From Candidatus Aminicenantes bacterium (GTDB lineage Bacteria; Acidobacteriota; Aminicenantia; UBA2199), in assembly GCA_963759765.1 (NCBI GenBank), contig CAVXAL010000003.1, positions 423,804 to 487,803 on the forward strand: 64,000 nt of DNA, read 5' to 3'. Made by a program: the position numbers and the translations under genes. How positions within the stretch are numbered: position 1 is the first letter of the stretch; the number at the start of each line of letters is the position of its first letter. The notes under the pieces were generated by a model. It was not told the DNA's origin. It made no database searches and saw only the letters and a program-made list of their open reading frames with translations. Of this stretch, positions 31,813-42,648 are shown one piece after another.

Positions 31813-32786
31813 AGGAACGTTGAAAGAGTTTAAGGTTCCCGATATCCTGCAGCTCGATTTCCATGCAGAAGAAGACCGGCATTCTCACCTTCAACAGCAG
31901 CGACGGTTTCATCACCATCATCTTCGAAGATGGCTACATCGTCGGCATGGACGCTTTCCCCAAGAAACTGGAACTGCGGGTGGGCAGCGTGCTGGCTAAG
32001 CAGGAGATTATCAGCGAAGAGATGTTGCAGCGCGCTCTTTCCATCCAGAAACGGACCGGGCAGAAGGTGGGTGAAATCCTCATCGCCATGGGTCTGATCG
32101 ATGAGGAAAATCATCCCCGAGGCGCTGAAGACCCAGGCCACGCAAATCGTCCTCTCGCTCTTCACCTGGAAAAAGGGGGAGTACAACTTCAAGGTGATGG
32201 AGTATATCGAGGACGGCATGAAGTCCCTCAAACCACTGTCGGCCGACAACCTGATCATGGAAGGCGTGCAGATGCTCGACGAGTGGCCGCTGATCAAGAA
32301 GGTCATCCCCGCCGAGGGTTTGGTTTTCGGGCCGATTTTCCTGGGCAGCAAGAAAATCGAGGTTATCTCGGAAAGCAGCGACGAGCCGCCGGTGAGCAAC
32401 GACAAGGTCCTTTACATGACCGAAACCGAGGTCAACCTGCTCAAATATATCAACGGGCAGGAATTCGGTCACGCGATCTCGTGGAAATGGGAATGTTCAC
32501 CGAATACAGGATTTACAAGAATCTCTATAATTTGGTGAACAAACGGCTTATCCAGAAAAGGGAAAAGAGCGAAAGCGAAGAAAATTATGAGAAAAAAATA
32601 GAGGAGGAGTACCGCAAAACGGTCCAGGGCCGTATCAACACCCTTTTTCGCCTGCTGCTGCTGGCCCTGATCCTGCTCTTCCTTTTCACTTTCCTCCGTC
32701 CTTTTCGCCCCTTTGCACCCGACTCCCTCCTTTTCCCGGACAGCGTCTATCAGCTGCTGTTGCAAGCGGATAGGGACAGGCGCTGA
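31802..32786 (+). CDS. DUF4388 (PatA-N-like) plus MshEN/T2SSE_N-type domain protein; about 3 frameshifts
   Basis: The fragments are 31802..31999, 31863..32786 and 32101..32538. The N-terminus reads 'GTLKEFKVPDILQL' then 'KKTGILTFNSSDGFITIIFEDGYIVG'. 'RVGSVLAKQEIISEEMLQRALSIQ-KRTGQ-KVGEILIAMGLIDEE' fits the tandem 24-residue MshEN motif. There is a C-terminal TM helix. Confidence 0.55.
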
Positions 32787-32793
32787 CGGCTGG

Positions 32794-33715
32794 ATGCAGG
32801 TTTTCTCCACTCTTCAAAAACTGGGGCGCGACAGTGCCGTTGCCATCGGTAATTTTGACGGTTTTCATATCGGCCACCGCCGGATTGTGGCTGAACTGGC
32901 CGCCAGCGCTCGCCGCCACAACCTGTTTTCGATACTACTGACCTTTTTCCCCCATCCCCGCATCTTTTTTCACCAGGACGTTCAGCTGATCCACACCGAC
33001 GCCCAACGCCGGGATATTCTGAGCCCAGCAGCCGGTGGACAGCCTCTTTTTCGTGCCTTTCGCCGATGTGGTCGAACGGCGGGCCGGAGCCTTTTTGGAA
33101 GAGGTGCTGCTCAGCCGACTGGGGATGAAGGCGCTGGTTGTTTCCGACGATTTCCGTTTCGGTCGGGGCCGCGAAGGCAACCTGGAATACCTGCTCCGCA
33201 AAGCGCAAGAAATGGAGTTCGCTCTCTATCCGGTAGCCGCCGTGGAGGTTGCCGGTGTACGTGTTTCCAGCTCCCTGATCCGCAAGCGGCTGGCCCGGGG
33301 TGAGATAGAAGAGGCCAACCGCATGCTGGGGAGCTGGTACTTCATTGACGGTCTGGTGCAGCCCGGTGTCGGTCGCGGCCGGCTGCTCGGGTTTCCCACC
33401 CTCAACATCCAGACCGACAACCCGCTGCTCCCGGAGGGAGTTTTTCACACCCGGGTGGCTGTGGCTGGCCGCCAGATCCGCTCGCTGACCAATATCGGGC
33501 ATACCCCGACCTTTTCAGGCGAAGGGCCGCTGCCAAAAAAAGTTGAGTGCCATCTGCTCGATTTTCAGGGGGCGCTCTACGGTGAACGGGTGCGGGTTTT
33601 TTTCCTGCGCAAGCTGCGCGACGAGATCCGCTTCGACTCGCCGGAAGCCCTGCAGAATCAGATTCGTCGGGATATTGAGGCGGTCAACCGATTTGACAAA
33701 GAGTCGCTTATCTGA
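32794..33715 (+). CDS. ribF: Bifunctional riboflavin kinase / FMN adenylyltransferase; one frameshift near 33025
   Basis: The fragments are 32713..33303 (from ATG 32794; 'AIGNFDGFHIGHRRI') and 33035..33715. The second has 'VVSDDFRFGRGREGN', 'SSSLIRKRL', 'GRGRLLGFPTLN' and 'ECHLLDFQGALYG'. Confidence 0.85.
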
Positions 33716-33759
33716 TAAAGTTGCTACCAAGACCGCCGTTTTACTGAGGAGCCAACCCG

Positions 33760-35079
33760 ATGAATCCAGAAGCCGCACCCGGGCAGCCAGCCAACGCCAA
33801 TCCGCCGGACCAACCAGAGGCGGCCAATGTGCTGCTGCGTCGTTTTGAAGTGCGGATGCCCAAAGAGCAACTGACCAAGGAGCTGGACGAGCTGGCCGCC
33901 CGTACCAGCCGGGAAGCCAAACTCCCCGGTTTTCGCCAGGGCAAGGTTCCCGTCGAGGTCGTCAAGAAGGTGTACAAAAAAGCACTTGAGGAGGAGATCG
34001 TCAGCCAGACCTTGGGCCGTCTGGCCTCTCAGCATATCCGGAGCCAGAACCTGCAGATCATCGGCCAACCGCTGGCCGAGAAGGTTGATTATCAGGAAGG
34101 CCAGGACCTGCGCGCCGATATCGTGGTCGAGGTTTTCCCCGATTTTGAATTCCCGGCCCTGTCAACGCTGGAGGTGCCGGTCCCGAAGGCGGACTGGCTG
34201 AAGCCAGCGAAGCCTACGATGAGGCCAAGCAAATCGAACGGGTTTTGGAGGGCAACAAGAAACGGGTGCCGGTCAAAGAGCGGGAAATTCGAGAAAAGGA
34301 TCTGATCCACTTTCGGGTGCAGTCGCGAACCCTGGACAGCAAAAAGATGTCGCCCGGCCGCGACATGTACGCTTTGATGGACCGGACGGCGGGCTCGGAA
34401 ATCCTCGGCCTCGTTGAGGAGCTGCTGGGCAAACACCCCGGTGAGCACCTGACTCTGAAACGGACTTACCCGTCCGAGCATCCCAAAAAAGCCTGGGCCG
34501 GCCGCGAGGTGGAGCATCGGATCGAAATCAAGGCCGTTTTCGAGTTCGTCAAGCCGGCGCTGGACGGAGAGTTTCTGCAATCGCTGGGCATCCAGAACGA
34601 GGAGGAATTCAGACGCAAACTCAAGGACGATTATGAGCATCAGCAAGAGCATCGCCGCGAGGATCTCATTCTGGAGCACATTTTTAAGACCTTCCAGCAG
34701 CTGGCGCAGTTCCCGCTCCCCCAGACCCTGATCCGCCAGGGAGCTGAGCCGCCGTCTCGCCCAGAACCGCACGCCCCTCCATTTCCGGGATGAGGAAGAG
34801 AAGAAAAAGTTCCAGCAGACGCTGCTCGAGAGCGCGCAAAAATCGGTGCAACTTTCGCTGATCCTTGATAAAATCCGCAGGAGCGAAGGCATCGACGTGA
34901 CCGCCGACGATCTGCAGAAGGAGTACCAGCAGTTGGCGGCCCAGTATGGCTTGCCGGAACGGGAAGTGAAGCGTTATTATGAAGAAGATGAGGCGCGCCT
35001 GGAGCCGTTCAAGGACCAGCTGCTGGATGCCAAGGTGATCGCCTTCGTTAAGGAAAAAGTCAAGGTGAAAGAGGTTTAA
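33760..35079 (+). CDS. tig: Trigger factor; 2-3 frameshifts
   Basis: The fragments are 33760..34305, 34245..34793 and 34846..35079. The first carries the ribosome-binding signature '[10 protein letters not shown]'. The gene sits immediately upstream of clpP-clpX-lon, the classical arrangement. Confidence 0.8.
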
Positions 35080-35080
35080 C

Positions 35081-35687
35081 ATGTCCCTGATCCCGATCGT
35101 CATCGAACAGACCGGCAATGTGGAAAGGGCCTACGATATCTATTCCCGCCTCCTCAAGGACGGGGTGATTTTTCTCGGCTCGGCCATCGACGACAACATC
35201 GCCAACCTCATCATTGCCCAGCTGCTTGTTTTTGGAGGCCGAAGACCCGGAAAAAGACGTGTCGCTCTACATCAATTCGCCCGGCGGGGTCATCAGCCCG
35301 GGAATGGCCATCTACGACACCATGCGTTTCATCAAGAACGACGTGGTGACCATCTGCATCGGCCAGGCCTCCTCGATGGCCGCCATCCTGTTGGCCGCCG
35401 GCACCAAGGGCAAGCGCTTCGCCCTGCCCAACTCCAAGATCATCATCCATCAGCCGCTGGGCGGTTTCGAAGGCCAGGCCACCGATATGCTGATCCAGGC
35501 CGAGGAGATGCGGCGGAGTCAAGGAGAAGACCATTGAAATCCTCGCCGGCATACCGGCCAGAAACGGGAACGCGTCGCCGCCGACATCGAGAGGGATTTC
35601 ATCATGTCCGCCGACGAGGCCCTGAAGTATGGTATCATCGATTCGGTCATCAGCGAGCGCAAGAGGGAGAAGAAAGGCGGTCGATGA
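35081..35687 (+). CDS. clpP: ATP-dependent Clp protease proteolytic subunit; two frameshifts (about 35225 and 35520)
   Basis: The translation reads '[33 protein letters not shown]' then '[32 protein letters not shown]'. The catalytic residues lie in 'GQASSMAA' and 'IIIHQPLGG'. The tail '[19 protein letters not shown]' ends at TGA 35685-35687. Confidence 0.9.
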
Positions 35688-36909
35688 AGGAAGAAAAAGA
35701 AGCCCGTTGCAGCTTTTGCGGCATTCCCCAGTCCCGGGCCATGCAAGCTGATCGCCGGCCCCGGCGTATATATCTGCGACGAGTGCACCAAAACCGCTTA
35801 CAACCTGATTTTCAGTGCCGCCGAGACGAGCGAAATCGCCCGTCAGCCGCAAAAAGACTCAAGCTGCTGACCCCGGCCGAGATTAAAGGCAAGCTGGACG
35901 AATACATCATCTCCCAGGAGGCGGCCAAGAAGAAGCTGGCCGTGGCCGTGTACAACCACTACAAGCGCATCAGCCACAGCCAGCATCTCCCAGGTCGAGA
36001 TCAAGCAAGAGCAACGTCCTGCTGATCGGCCCCACCGGTACGGGCAAGACCCTGCTGGCCGAGACACTGGCCAAAATCCTGGACGTGCCGTTCGCCATGG
36101 CCGATGCCACCACCCTGACCGAAGCCGGCTATGTCGGCGAGGACGTGGAAAACATTCTGCTCGAAACTGTACCAGGCGGCGGGGGAAAACAAGGAACTGA
36201 CCGAGAAGGGGATCGTCTATATCGACGAGCTTGGACAAGATTTCGCGCAAGAGTGAAAATCCGTCGATCACCCGCGACGTCTCGGGCGAAGGTGTACAGC
36301 AGGCGCTGCTCAAGATCGTCGAAGGCACAGTGGCCAACGTTCCGCCCCTGGGCGGTCGCAAGCATCCCTACCAGGAATTTTTGAAGATCGACACCAAGAA
36401 TATCCTGTTCATCGCCGGCGGTGCCTTCGTCGGGCTGGAGAAGATCATCCGCAGCGGATGAAAAAGAACCTAATTGGTTTCAGCGCCGGCAGCAAAGAGA
36501 AGGGCACGCCATTGCAGAGCCGACCTCTTTGCCCACGTGCAGACCGAAGACCTGATCAAGTACGGCCTGATCCCGGAACTGGTCGGCCGTTTTTCGGTCA
36601 TGGGCGTGCTCAACGAGCTGAGCAAGGAGCAGCTCTACCGGATTCTGGTGGCTCCCAAGGACGCCATCACCAAGCAATACAAGGCCCTGTTCCAGATGGA
36701 CGGCGTGGAGCTGGAATTCTCGCAGCGAAGCCCTGGAGAAAATCACCGAATACGCCATTGCCCGCGGCGTGGGGGCGCGTGGATTGCGCGCCATTTTTGA
36801 AGAGATCATGCTCGATCTGATGTTCGACATCCCCTCCAAGAAGGAGGAGAAGAAGCAAAATGCGTCATCGATCGCAATTTTCTCAACAGACAAAAAATGG
36901 ATCGCCTGA
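35684..36909 (+). CDS. clpX: ATP-dependent Clp protease ATP-binding subunit ClpX; many frameshifts; 3' end uncertain
   Basis: ATG 35684 forms an ATGA overlap with clpP. Pieces in three frames give the zinc finger 'CSFCG...YICDECT', '[34 protein letters not shown]' and Walker A '[15 protein letters not shown]'. Further pieces give '[14 protein letters not shown]', 'IVYIDELDKI', '[19 protein letters not shown]' and 'FIAGGAF'. Confidence 0.85.
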
Positions 36910-39244
36910 ACGTCAAAGAGGTCACCCTGCCCCTGATTCCCCTGCGCGAGCTGGTGATCTTCCCCTCGGTCATCATGCCCATCCTGGTCGGTCGGGACAA
37001 ATCGATCCAGGCCCTGAAAATCGCCTTGAGCCAGCATGACGGCTCATCTTTCTGGCGGCCCAGAAGAACCAGACCAGCGAGGCTCCCGAGGCTGACGAGA
37101 TCTACAGCGTGGGCACCATCGCCCGCATCGAAAAGTCGGCGGAACAGAATAACGGCAGCTATCGGATCGTCGTCCAAGGCCTGAAGCGGGCGCAGATCAC
37201 CGCAGTTATTGGACCGGGGCGATTATTTCCTGGTGCGGCTGGCGGTCCTGGAAGAGATCTTCGAAGCGGAAAAGAACATGCTCGAACTGTCCCAAAACCT
37301 AATCGCCTTGTTCGACGAGTATATCAACATCAAGAAGGTCAGACTGCCCGGGGTGGTGGCCAAGCTGAAGCCGAGCCAGCTCGCGGACGTGGCCGATATC
37401 ATTGTCTCGATCATCAACCTGCCGCTCAAGGTCAAGCAGACCCTGCTCGAGGAGCTGAACGTCTACCTGCGCGCGGTGCGCGTGCTCAACATCCTGAAAA
37501 AGGAGATGCTGCGGCTCAAGGGCCAGCGGGAGACCGGGGAGATCAAGCCCCGGCGGGACGAGCCGCAGGAGAACGATTACGAGGAATATCGCCGCAAGAT
37601 CGAAGCCGCCGACCTGCCCGATTACGTCCGAAGTCGGGCCGAGGAGGAGCTGGAGCGGCTGGCGGCCATGCCGCCTTTTTCGGCCGAAAGCACGGTCTCC
37701 CGGTACTACCTGGACTGGCTGTTGGCTATTCCCTGGAACAAACAGCAAAAAGGAGAACCAGCGATATCAAGCGGGCGGCTAAAATCCTCGACGAGGACCA
37801 CTACGGCCTGGAAAGGTCAAGGAACGCATCCTGGATTATCTGGCCGTGCGCCTGCTGGTCAAGCAAGCCGGCAGGCGAGATCCTCTGCTTCGTCGGCCCG
37901 CCCGGAGTCGGCAAGAGTTCGCTGTCCAAGTCGATCGCCCGGGCGCTGGACCGCAAATTCGTCCGGGTCTCTCTGGGCGGGGTGCAAGCGACGAGGCGGA
38001 GATCCGCGGTCACCGCCGCACCTATATCGGTTCTTACCCGGGACAGATCATCAAGGGCCTGAAAAAGGCTGGCAGCATGAACCCGGTCTTCCTGCTCGAC
38101 GAGATCGACAAACTCAACTCGGATTTCCGCGGCGACCCGGCGTCGGCGCTGCTGGAGGCCCTGGACCCCGAACAGAACAACGAGTTCAACGATCACTACC
38201 TCGACCTGGAAGTGGACCTCTCCCAGGTTTTCTTCATCACCACCGCCAATTTTCCGGAACCCATCCCGCCCGCCCTCATAGACCGCATGGAGGTGATCGA
38301 GCTGTCCGGCTACACCGAGCGGGAGAAACTGCAAATCGCCAAGAAATTCTTGCTGAAAAAGCAGGCCGAAAAGAACGGTTGTCGGATGTCGAGCAACTCG
38401 ACATCGGCGACGACATCATCCTTAAAATCATCAACGAATACACGCGCGAAGCCGGCGTGCGCAACCTGGAGCGGGAGATCGCCATCATCATGCGCAAGGT
38501 GGCCCGCGTCCATCGTCGAGGAAGGCAAGGCTAGCAAGGACAAGAAACGCAGGCTGGTGGTCGAGGCGCCGCTGCTGGAGAAATACCTGGGGGTCCCCAA
38601 GTTCAATCCACCAGAAGATGTTTCACCGCGGCGAGATCGGCGTGGCCATCGGCCTGGCCTGGACCTCGGCCGGAGGCGACATCCTGATGGTGGAGGCCCG
38701 CATGCTGCAACGGCAAGGGCGAGTTGATCCTGACCGGGCGTCTGGGCGAGGTGATGAAGGAGTCCTCCTCGGCGGCTTTCAGCTACACCAAACTGAAGCT
38801 GTTCGACTTGGAGATGGATACCGAGCGAACTGAAAAATTATGATATCCACCTGCATATCCCCGAGGGCGCGGTGCCCAAGGAGGGTCCGTCGGCCGGCGT
38901 CACCCTGGCCGTGTCGATGATTTCTCTGCTGACCGGCATTCCCGGTCCGGGCCAATTACGCCATGACCGGTGAGATCACCCTGCGCGGCAAGATCCTGCC
39001 GGTCGGCGGCATCAAGGAAAAAATCATCGCCGCCCACCGCTACGGCATAAAAAACATTCTGATCCCCTCGGAGAACGAGAAGGATTTCCAGGAAGATATC
39101 CCCGATGAGGTCAAGAAGGACATCCGTATCTACCCCGTCGGACACCATGGACGAGCGCTGGACATCGTTCTGGAAAATCCGATCAAGATAAAAAACATCA
39201 AGAGCAAGATCATCCGGCCCATGCAAGAGGCGAATCTGCAGTAA
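36897..39244 (+). CDS. lon: ATP-dependent Lon protease (copy 2); at least 8 frameshifts
   Basis: Pieces include 36897..37184 ('[23 protein letters not shown]'), 37209..38534, 37846..38727 and 38963..39244. The third has '[15 protein letters not shown]' and 'DEIDKL'. Walker A '[15 protein letters not shown]' lies in another frame. The last has '[26 protein letters not shown]'. 'EGPSAGV' occurs near 38880. Confidence 0.85.
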
Positions 39245-39260
39245 GCGATTGTCTTCGCCG

Positions 39261-39841
39261 ATGAACATAAGCGAAGCCAAACTGCCGGGACCCTTTCTTC
39301 CAGCCGTCGCAACTGCCCAGCGACGATCTGCCCAAGGTGGTCTTCTGGGGCCGTTCCAATGTGGGCAAGTCATCGATGATCAACCCGCTGGTGGGCCGCA
39401 AAGGGCTGGCCAAGACCAGTTCCCGGCCGGGCAAAACGCTGAGCATCAACTATTATCGGCTCGACGGGCAGTTGCTTTTCGTCGATTTGCCCGGCTACGG
39501 CTATGCCACGCCTGCCGCAGGGCGAGCAACGTCGGATCGAGGGACTGATTGACGCCTTTTTCCGCACCGCCGACAACCTGCGTCTGGTGGTGCTGCTATT
39601 GGATTGCCGGCGGGAGGTGCTGACCGCCGATGCCTGAGATCATTCGGCTAGATGCTGGAAAAAAAATTTCCCATCTTGACAATCCTGACGAAAAGTGATA
39701 AATTATCATTCTTCAAGCTTCAGAGTCATCTGGACCAACTTCACCGACAATTTCGGGGTGCAGGCCATTTCCTTTTCCATTAAATCCAATGCCTCCCGAG
39801 ACATGGTCTGGCATTACCTGGATGAAGCCATTAAGGAGTAA
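39261..39841 (+). CDS. engB: Ribosome-biogenesis GTPase EngB/YihA (YsxC); about 3 frameshifts
   Basis: G1 '[12 protein letters not shown]', G3 'DLPGYGYA' and G4 'TKSDKL' are found in different frames between 39337 and 39700. The terminal frame ends 'DEAIKE' with TAA at 39839-39841. The lon-engB order is conserved in many bacteria. Confidence 0.75.
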
Positions 39842-39843
39842 AT

Positions 39844-41116
39844 ATGTATTCATTGAAAGATCTGCAAGTGCATGAAGCCGCTGGAACTCAAGAAACTCGT
39901 CAAAGAGCTGACCATCGAGGATACGGACATCAACGACAAGAACTCCCTGTTTTTCAAGATCCTGGACGCCCAGGCCCGCGCCAACGGCAAGCTGTTCGCC
40001 GAAGGGGTCATCGAGGTGCACAGCGAAGGCTACGGATTCCTGCGTTTCCAGGAATACGCCTATCTGACCAGCCCCGAAGACATCTACGTCTCTCCCTCGC
40101 AGGTGAACAAGTTCGACATGCGTACCGGTGACACCGTCTCCGGTTCGGTGCGCCCGCCCAAGACCGGCGAAAAATATTTTGCCCTGCTCACCGTGGAGGC
40201 GGTCAACTCCGAGGACCCCGAAACCGTGACTCGAGAAGCGCCAGCAATGTCAGGTTCGAAAAGTTGACCCCGCTCTATCCCAACGAGAAAATCAACCTGG
40301 AAACCAGCGCCGGAAAATATCACCGGCCGGGTGATGAACTTGCTGACCCCCATCGGCAAGGGGCAGCGCGGCCTGATCGTCGCCGCCCCGCGCACCGGGC
40401 AAGACCATGATCCTGCAGAGCATTGCCAAGTCCATCGAGGTCAACCACCCGGAAATCATTCTCATCGTTCTGCTGATCGACGAGCGGCCGGAAGAGGTAA
40501 CCGACATGAGCCGCAACGTCAAGGGCGAAGTCATCGCCTCCACCTTCGACGAGATTCCCGCTGCGCCATACCAAGGTGGCCGACATCGTGCTGGAGAAAG
40601 CCAAGCGCATGGTGGAGATGGGCAAGGACGTGGTGATCCTGCTCGATTCCATCACCCGCCTGGCCCGGGCCCACAACGCCATTACCCCGGCCTCGGGCAA
40701 GGTTCTCTCCGGCGGCATTGACGCCAATGCCTTGAACAAGCCCAAGAAGTTTTTCGGCGCCGCCCGCAACATTGAGGGCGGCGGTAGCCTGACCATCGTG
40801 GCCACGGCCCTGATCGACACCGGCAGCCGCATGGACGACGTCATTTTCGAGGAGTTCAAGGGCACCGGCAACATGCGAAATCAACCTCGACCGCCGGCTG
40901 GTAGACAAGCGGGTCTTCCCGGCCATCGACCTCTTCCGCTCCGGCACGCGCAAGGAAGAGCTGCTGATCGATCGCGAGGAGCTGAGCAAGATCTGGGTGC
41001 TGCGCAAGGTCCTGGCCCAGATGTCCGAGGTGGAAGCGATGGAACTGCTGGTGGACAAGCTCTCCAAGACCAAGTCCAACCAGGAATTCATGAACATGAT
41101 GTCCAAGGGGATGTAA
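39844..41116 (+). CDS. rho: Transcription termination factor Rho; about 5 frameshifts
   Basis: The fragments are 39844.., 39872..40267, 40331.., 40407.. and 40576..41145. They carry the RNA-binding '[14 protein letters not shown]' and '[18 protein letters not shown]'. Further motifs are '[17 protein letters not shown]', '[12 protein letters not shown]', '[14 protein letters not shown]' and '[24 protein letters not shown]'. The gene ends '...MMSKGM' with TAA at 41114-41116. Confidence 0.9.
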
Positions 41117-41352
41117 TCCGCATCCCTGCTAACTATGTCCAATAAGGGATTTCTCAACCAGTTTAAAAACACCCGCCGGCAAAACCGGCCGCCCCGCTGG
41201 AAGCTGCCGGCGCGGCCCGATTCCCGGCGCCGGCTCTCAACGGAGTCCGCGCCCGGCCGCAAAAAAAGCGGTCCACCCAGCAAGACCTAGATTCCCGCCG
41301 CTGTTGTCCCGCCTCCTTTTTTGTGGTATGGTAGTCGCTGGCTCTGACGCGC

Positions 41353-42636
41353 ATGAGAACCCTCAAAGACAGACTGAAAGATCTGGACAAAAAAGATATT
41401 CAGAAAAAGTGGGACCGGCTGGATTCCAAAGACGGTTTGAGCACCAAAGAGAAATTGGAGAAGCTGGTCCAGTTGAGTCTGAAACGGAAAGAGCAGCCGC
41501 AGCCCGCGAGCAGGAAAAAAGCAGCGTCCTCTGAACCTTACATCTGCAAGGATTATTATTATCCGCTGACGGGACGCTATGGCAAGGTGCGACTGGCCGA
41601 ATGGGATGAGGTGAAGTCGGATTCGCTGGTCGTCATCGCCGGCAGGGAGGAATTCCAGGACGTGGCGCCGCGCCAGCTGCTTTTTCTGGACACCGAGACC
41701 ACCGGCCTGGCGGGCGGAACGGGCACCATCCCCTTCATGCTGGGTTTTGGCTTTTTTGCCGACGACCTGTTTCAGGTCAAGGTGTTTATCCTCAAAGATC
41801 TGGATCGGGAGGGACTTTTTTTGGAGGCGGTCGATGCCTTTCTGGCCAGCCGTTCCTTTTCGGCGCTGGTCACCTTTAACGGCAAGGCCTTTGATATGCC
41901 TCTGCTGGAAACCCGCTACATCCTCTACCATCGGCGCTGCCCGCTGCTCGGTTTGCCGCATCTGGATTTTCTGTTTCCGGCGCGCACCCTCTGGAAGAAC
42001 ACCTACGATTCACGCAAGCTGGGGTATCTGGGTGAAATATTGCTGGGCATATCCCGTTCCGAGGATATCGATCCCAGCACCATTCCCGCCCTCTATTTCA
42101 GTTTTTTGCGCAGCGAATCGTTTGCGCTGCTGGAGTGCGTGGTCGAGCACAACGCCCTGGATATTGTCGGCCTGGCTGCCATGCTGTTGCTGGCAGTACG
42201 CTATGTCGAGGACGAATCGCTGCCCGCCGACGAGGGGGAGATGCTCGGCCTGGCCATTCTCTATGAGAAGGCCGGCTGGCTGGAAGAGGCGGGCCGCTAT
42301 TACCGGCAGGCCAAGGAGATGGCGCGGCGCGACGACGTTTTCGCTCAATCCGTCAAGCGGCTCTCCCTCCTGCTCAAGAGACAGAAACTGTATGAAGAAG
42401 CGCTGGGCCTGTGGCAGATCCTTAGCCAGCAGCGCGAGCATTCCGCCTTCCGCGAGCTCTCCATCCACTACGAGCACCGCGAGCGGAACTACGCCCAGGC
42501 GCTGGAGGTGGTGGAAAAAGCGCTGGCCGACTTGGAGCTCAGCGATCGTCTGCGTCAGGATTTGGAAAAACGGTTGCACCGGCTGCGCCGCAAACTGGAA
42601 AAGCTGGACAGCGACGCCGAAGGGGCGGAGACCTGA
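41353..42636 (+). CDS. YprB-like RNase H-fold (3'-5' exonuclease-like) protein with C-terminal TPR-like repeats
   Basis: Intact 427-aa ORF with 'LLFLDTETTGL', 'TFNGKAFDMPLLETR' and 'HNALDIVGLA'. The helical repeat tail reads 'LAILYEKAGWLEEAGRYYRQA...'. Confidence 0.6.
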   Translation: MRTLKDRLKDLDKKDIQKKWDRLDSKDGLSTKEKLEKLVQLSLKRKEQPQPASRKKAASSEPYICKDYYYPLTGRYGKVRLAEWDEVKSDSLVVIAGREEFQDVAPRQLLFLDTETTGLAGGTGTIPFMLGFGFFADDLFQVKVFILKDLDREGLFLEAVDAFLASRSFSALVTFNGKAFDMPLLETRYILYHRRCPLLGLPHLDFLFPARTLWKNTYDSRKLGYLGEILLGISRSEDIDPSTIPALYFSFLRSESFALLECVVEHNALDIVGLAAMLLLAVRYVEDESLPADEGEMLGLAILYEKAGWLEEAGRYYRQAKEMARRDDVFAQSVKRLSLLLKRQKLYEEALGLWQILSQQREHSAFRELSIHYEHRERNYAQALEVVEKALADLELSDRLRQDLEKRLHRLRRKLEKLDSDAEGAET

Positions 42637-42648
42637 AGCCATCCGTCG

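Noticed and set aside
36823-36909. Apparent read-through fusion of ClpX into Lon2. The frame '[13 protein letters not shown]' runs into 'MDRLNVKEV...' without a stop.
   Set aside because: The junction contains an A6 homopolymer (36892-36897). Removing one A gives '...NRQKWIA' followed by a stop at 36907-36909, while keeping the lon ATG. Given the many indels in this region, a ClpX-Lon fusion protein is not supported.
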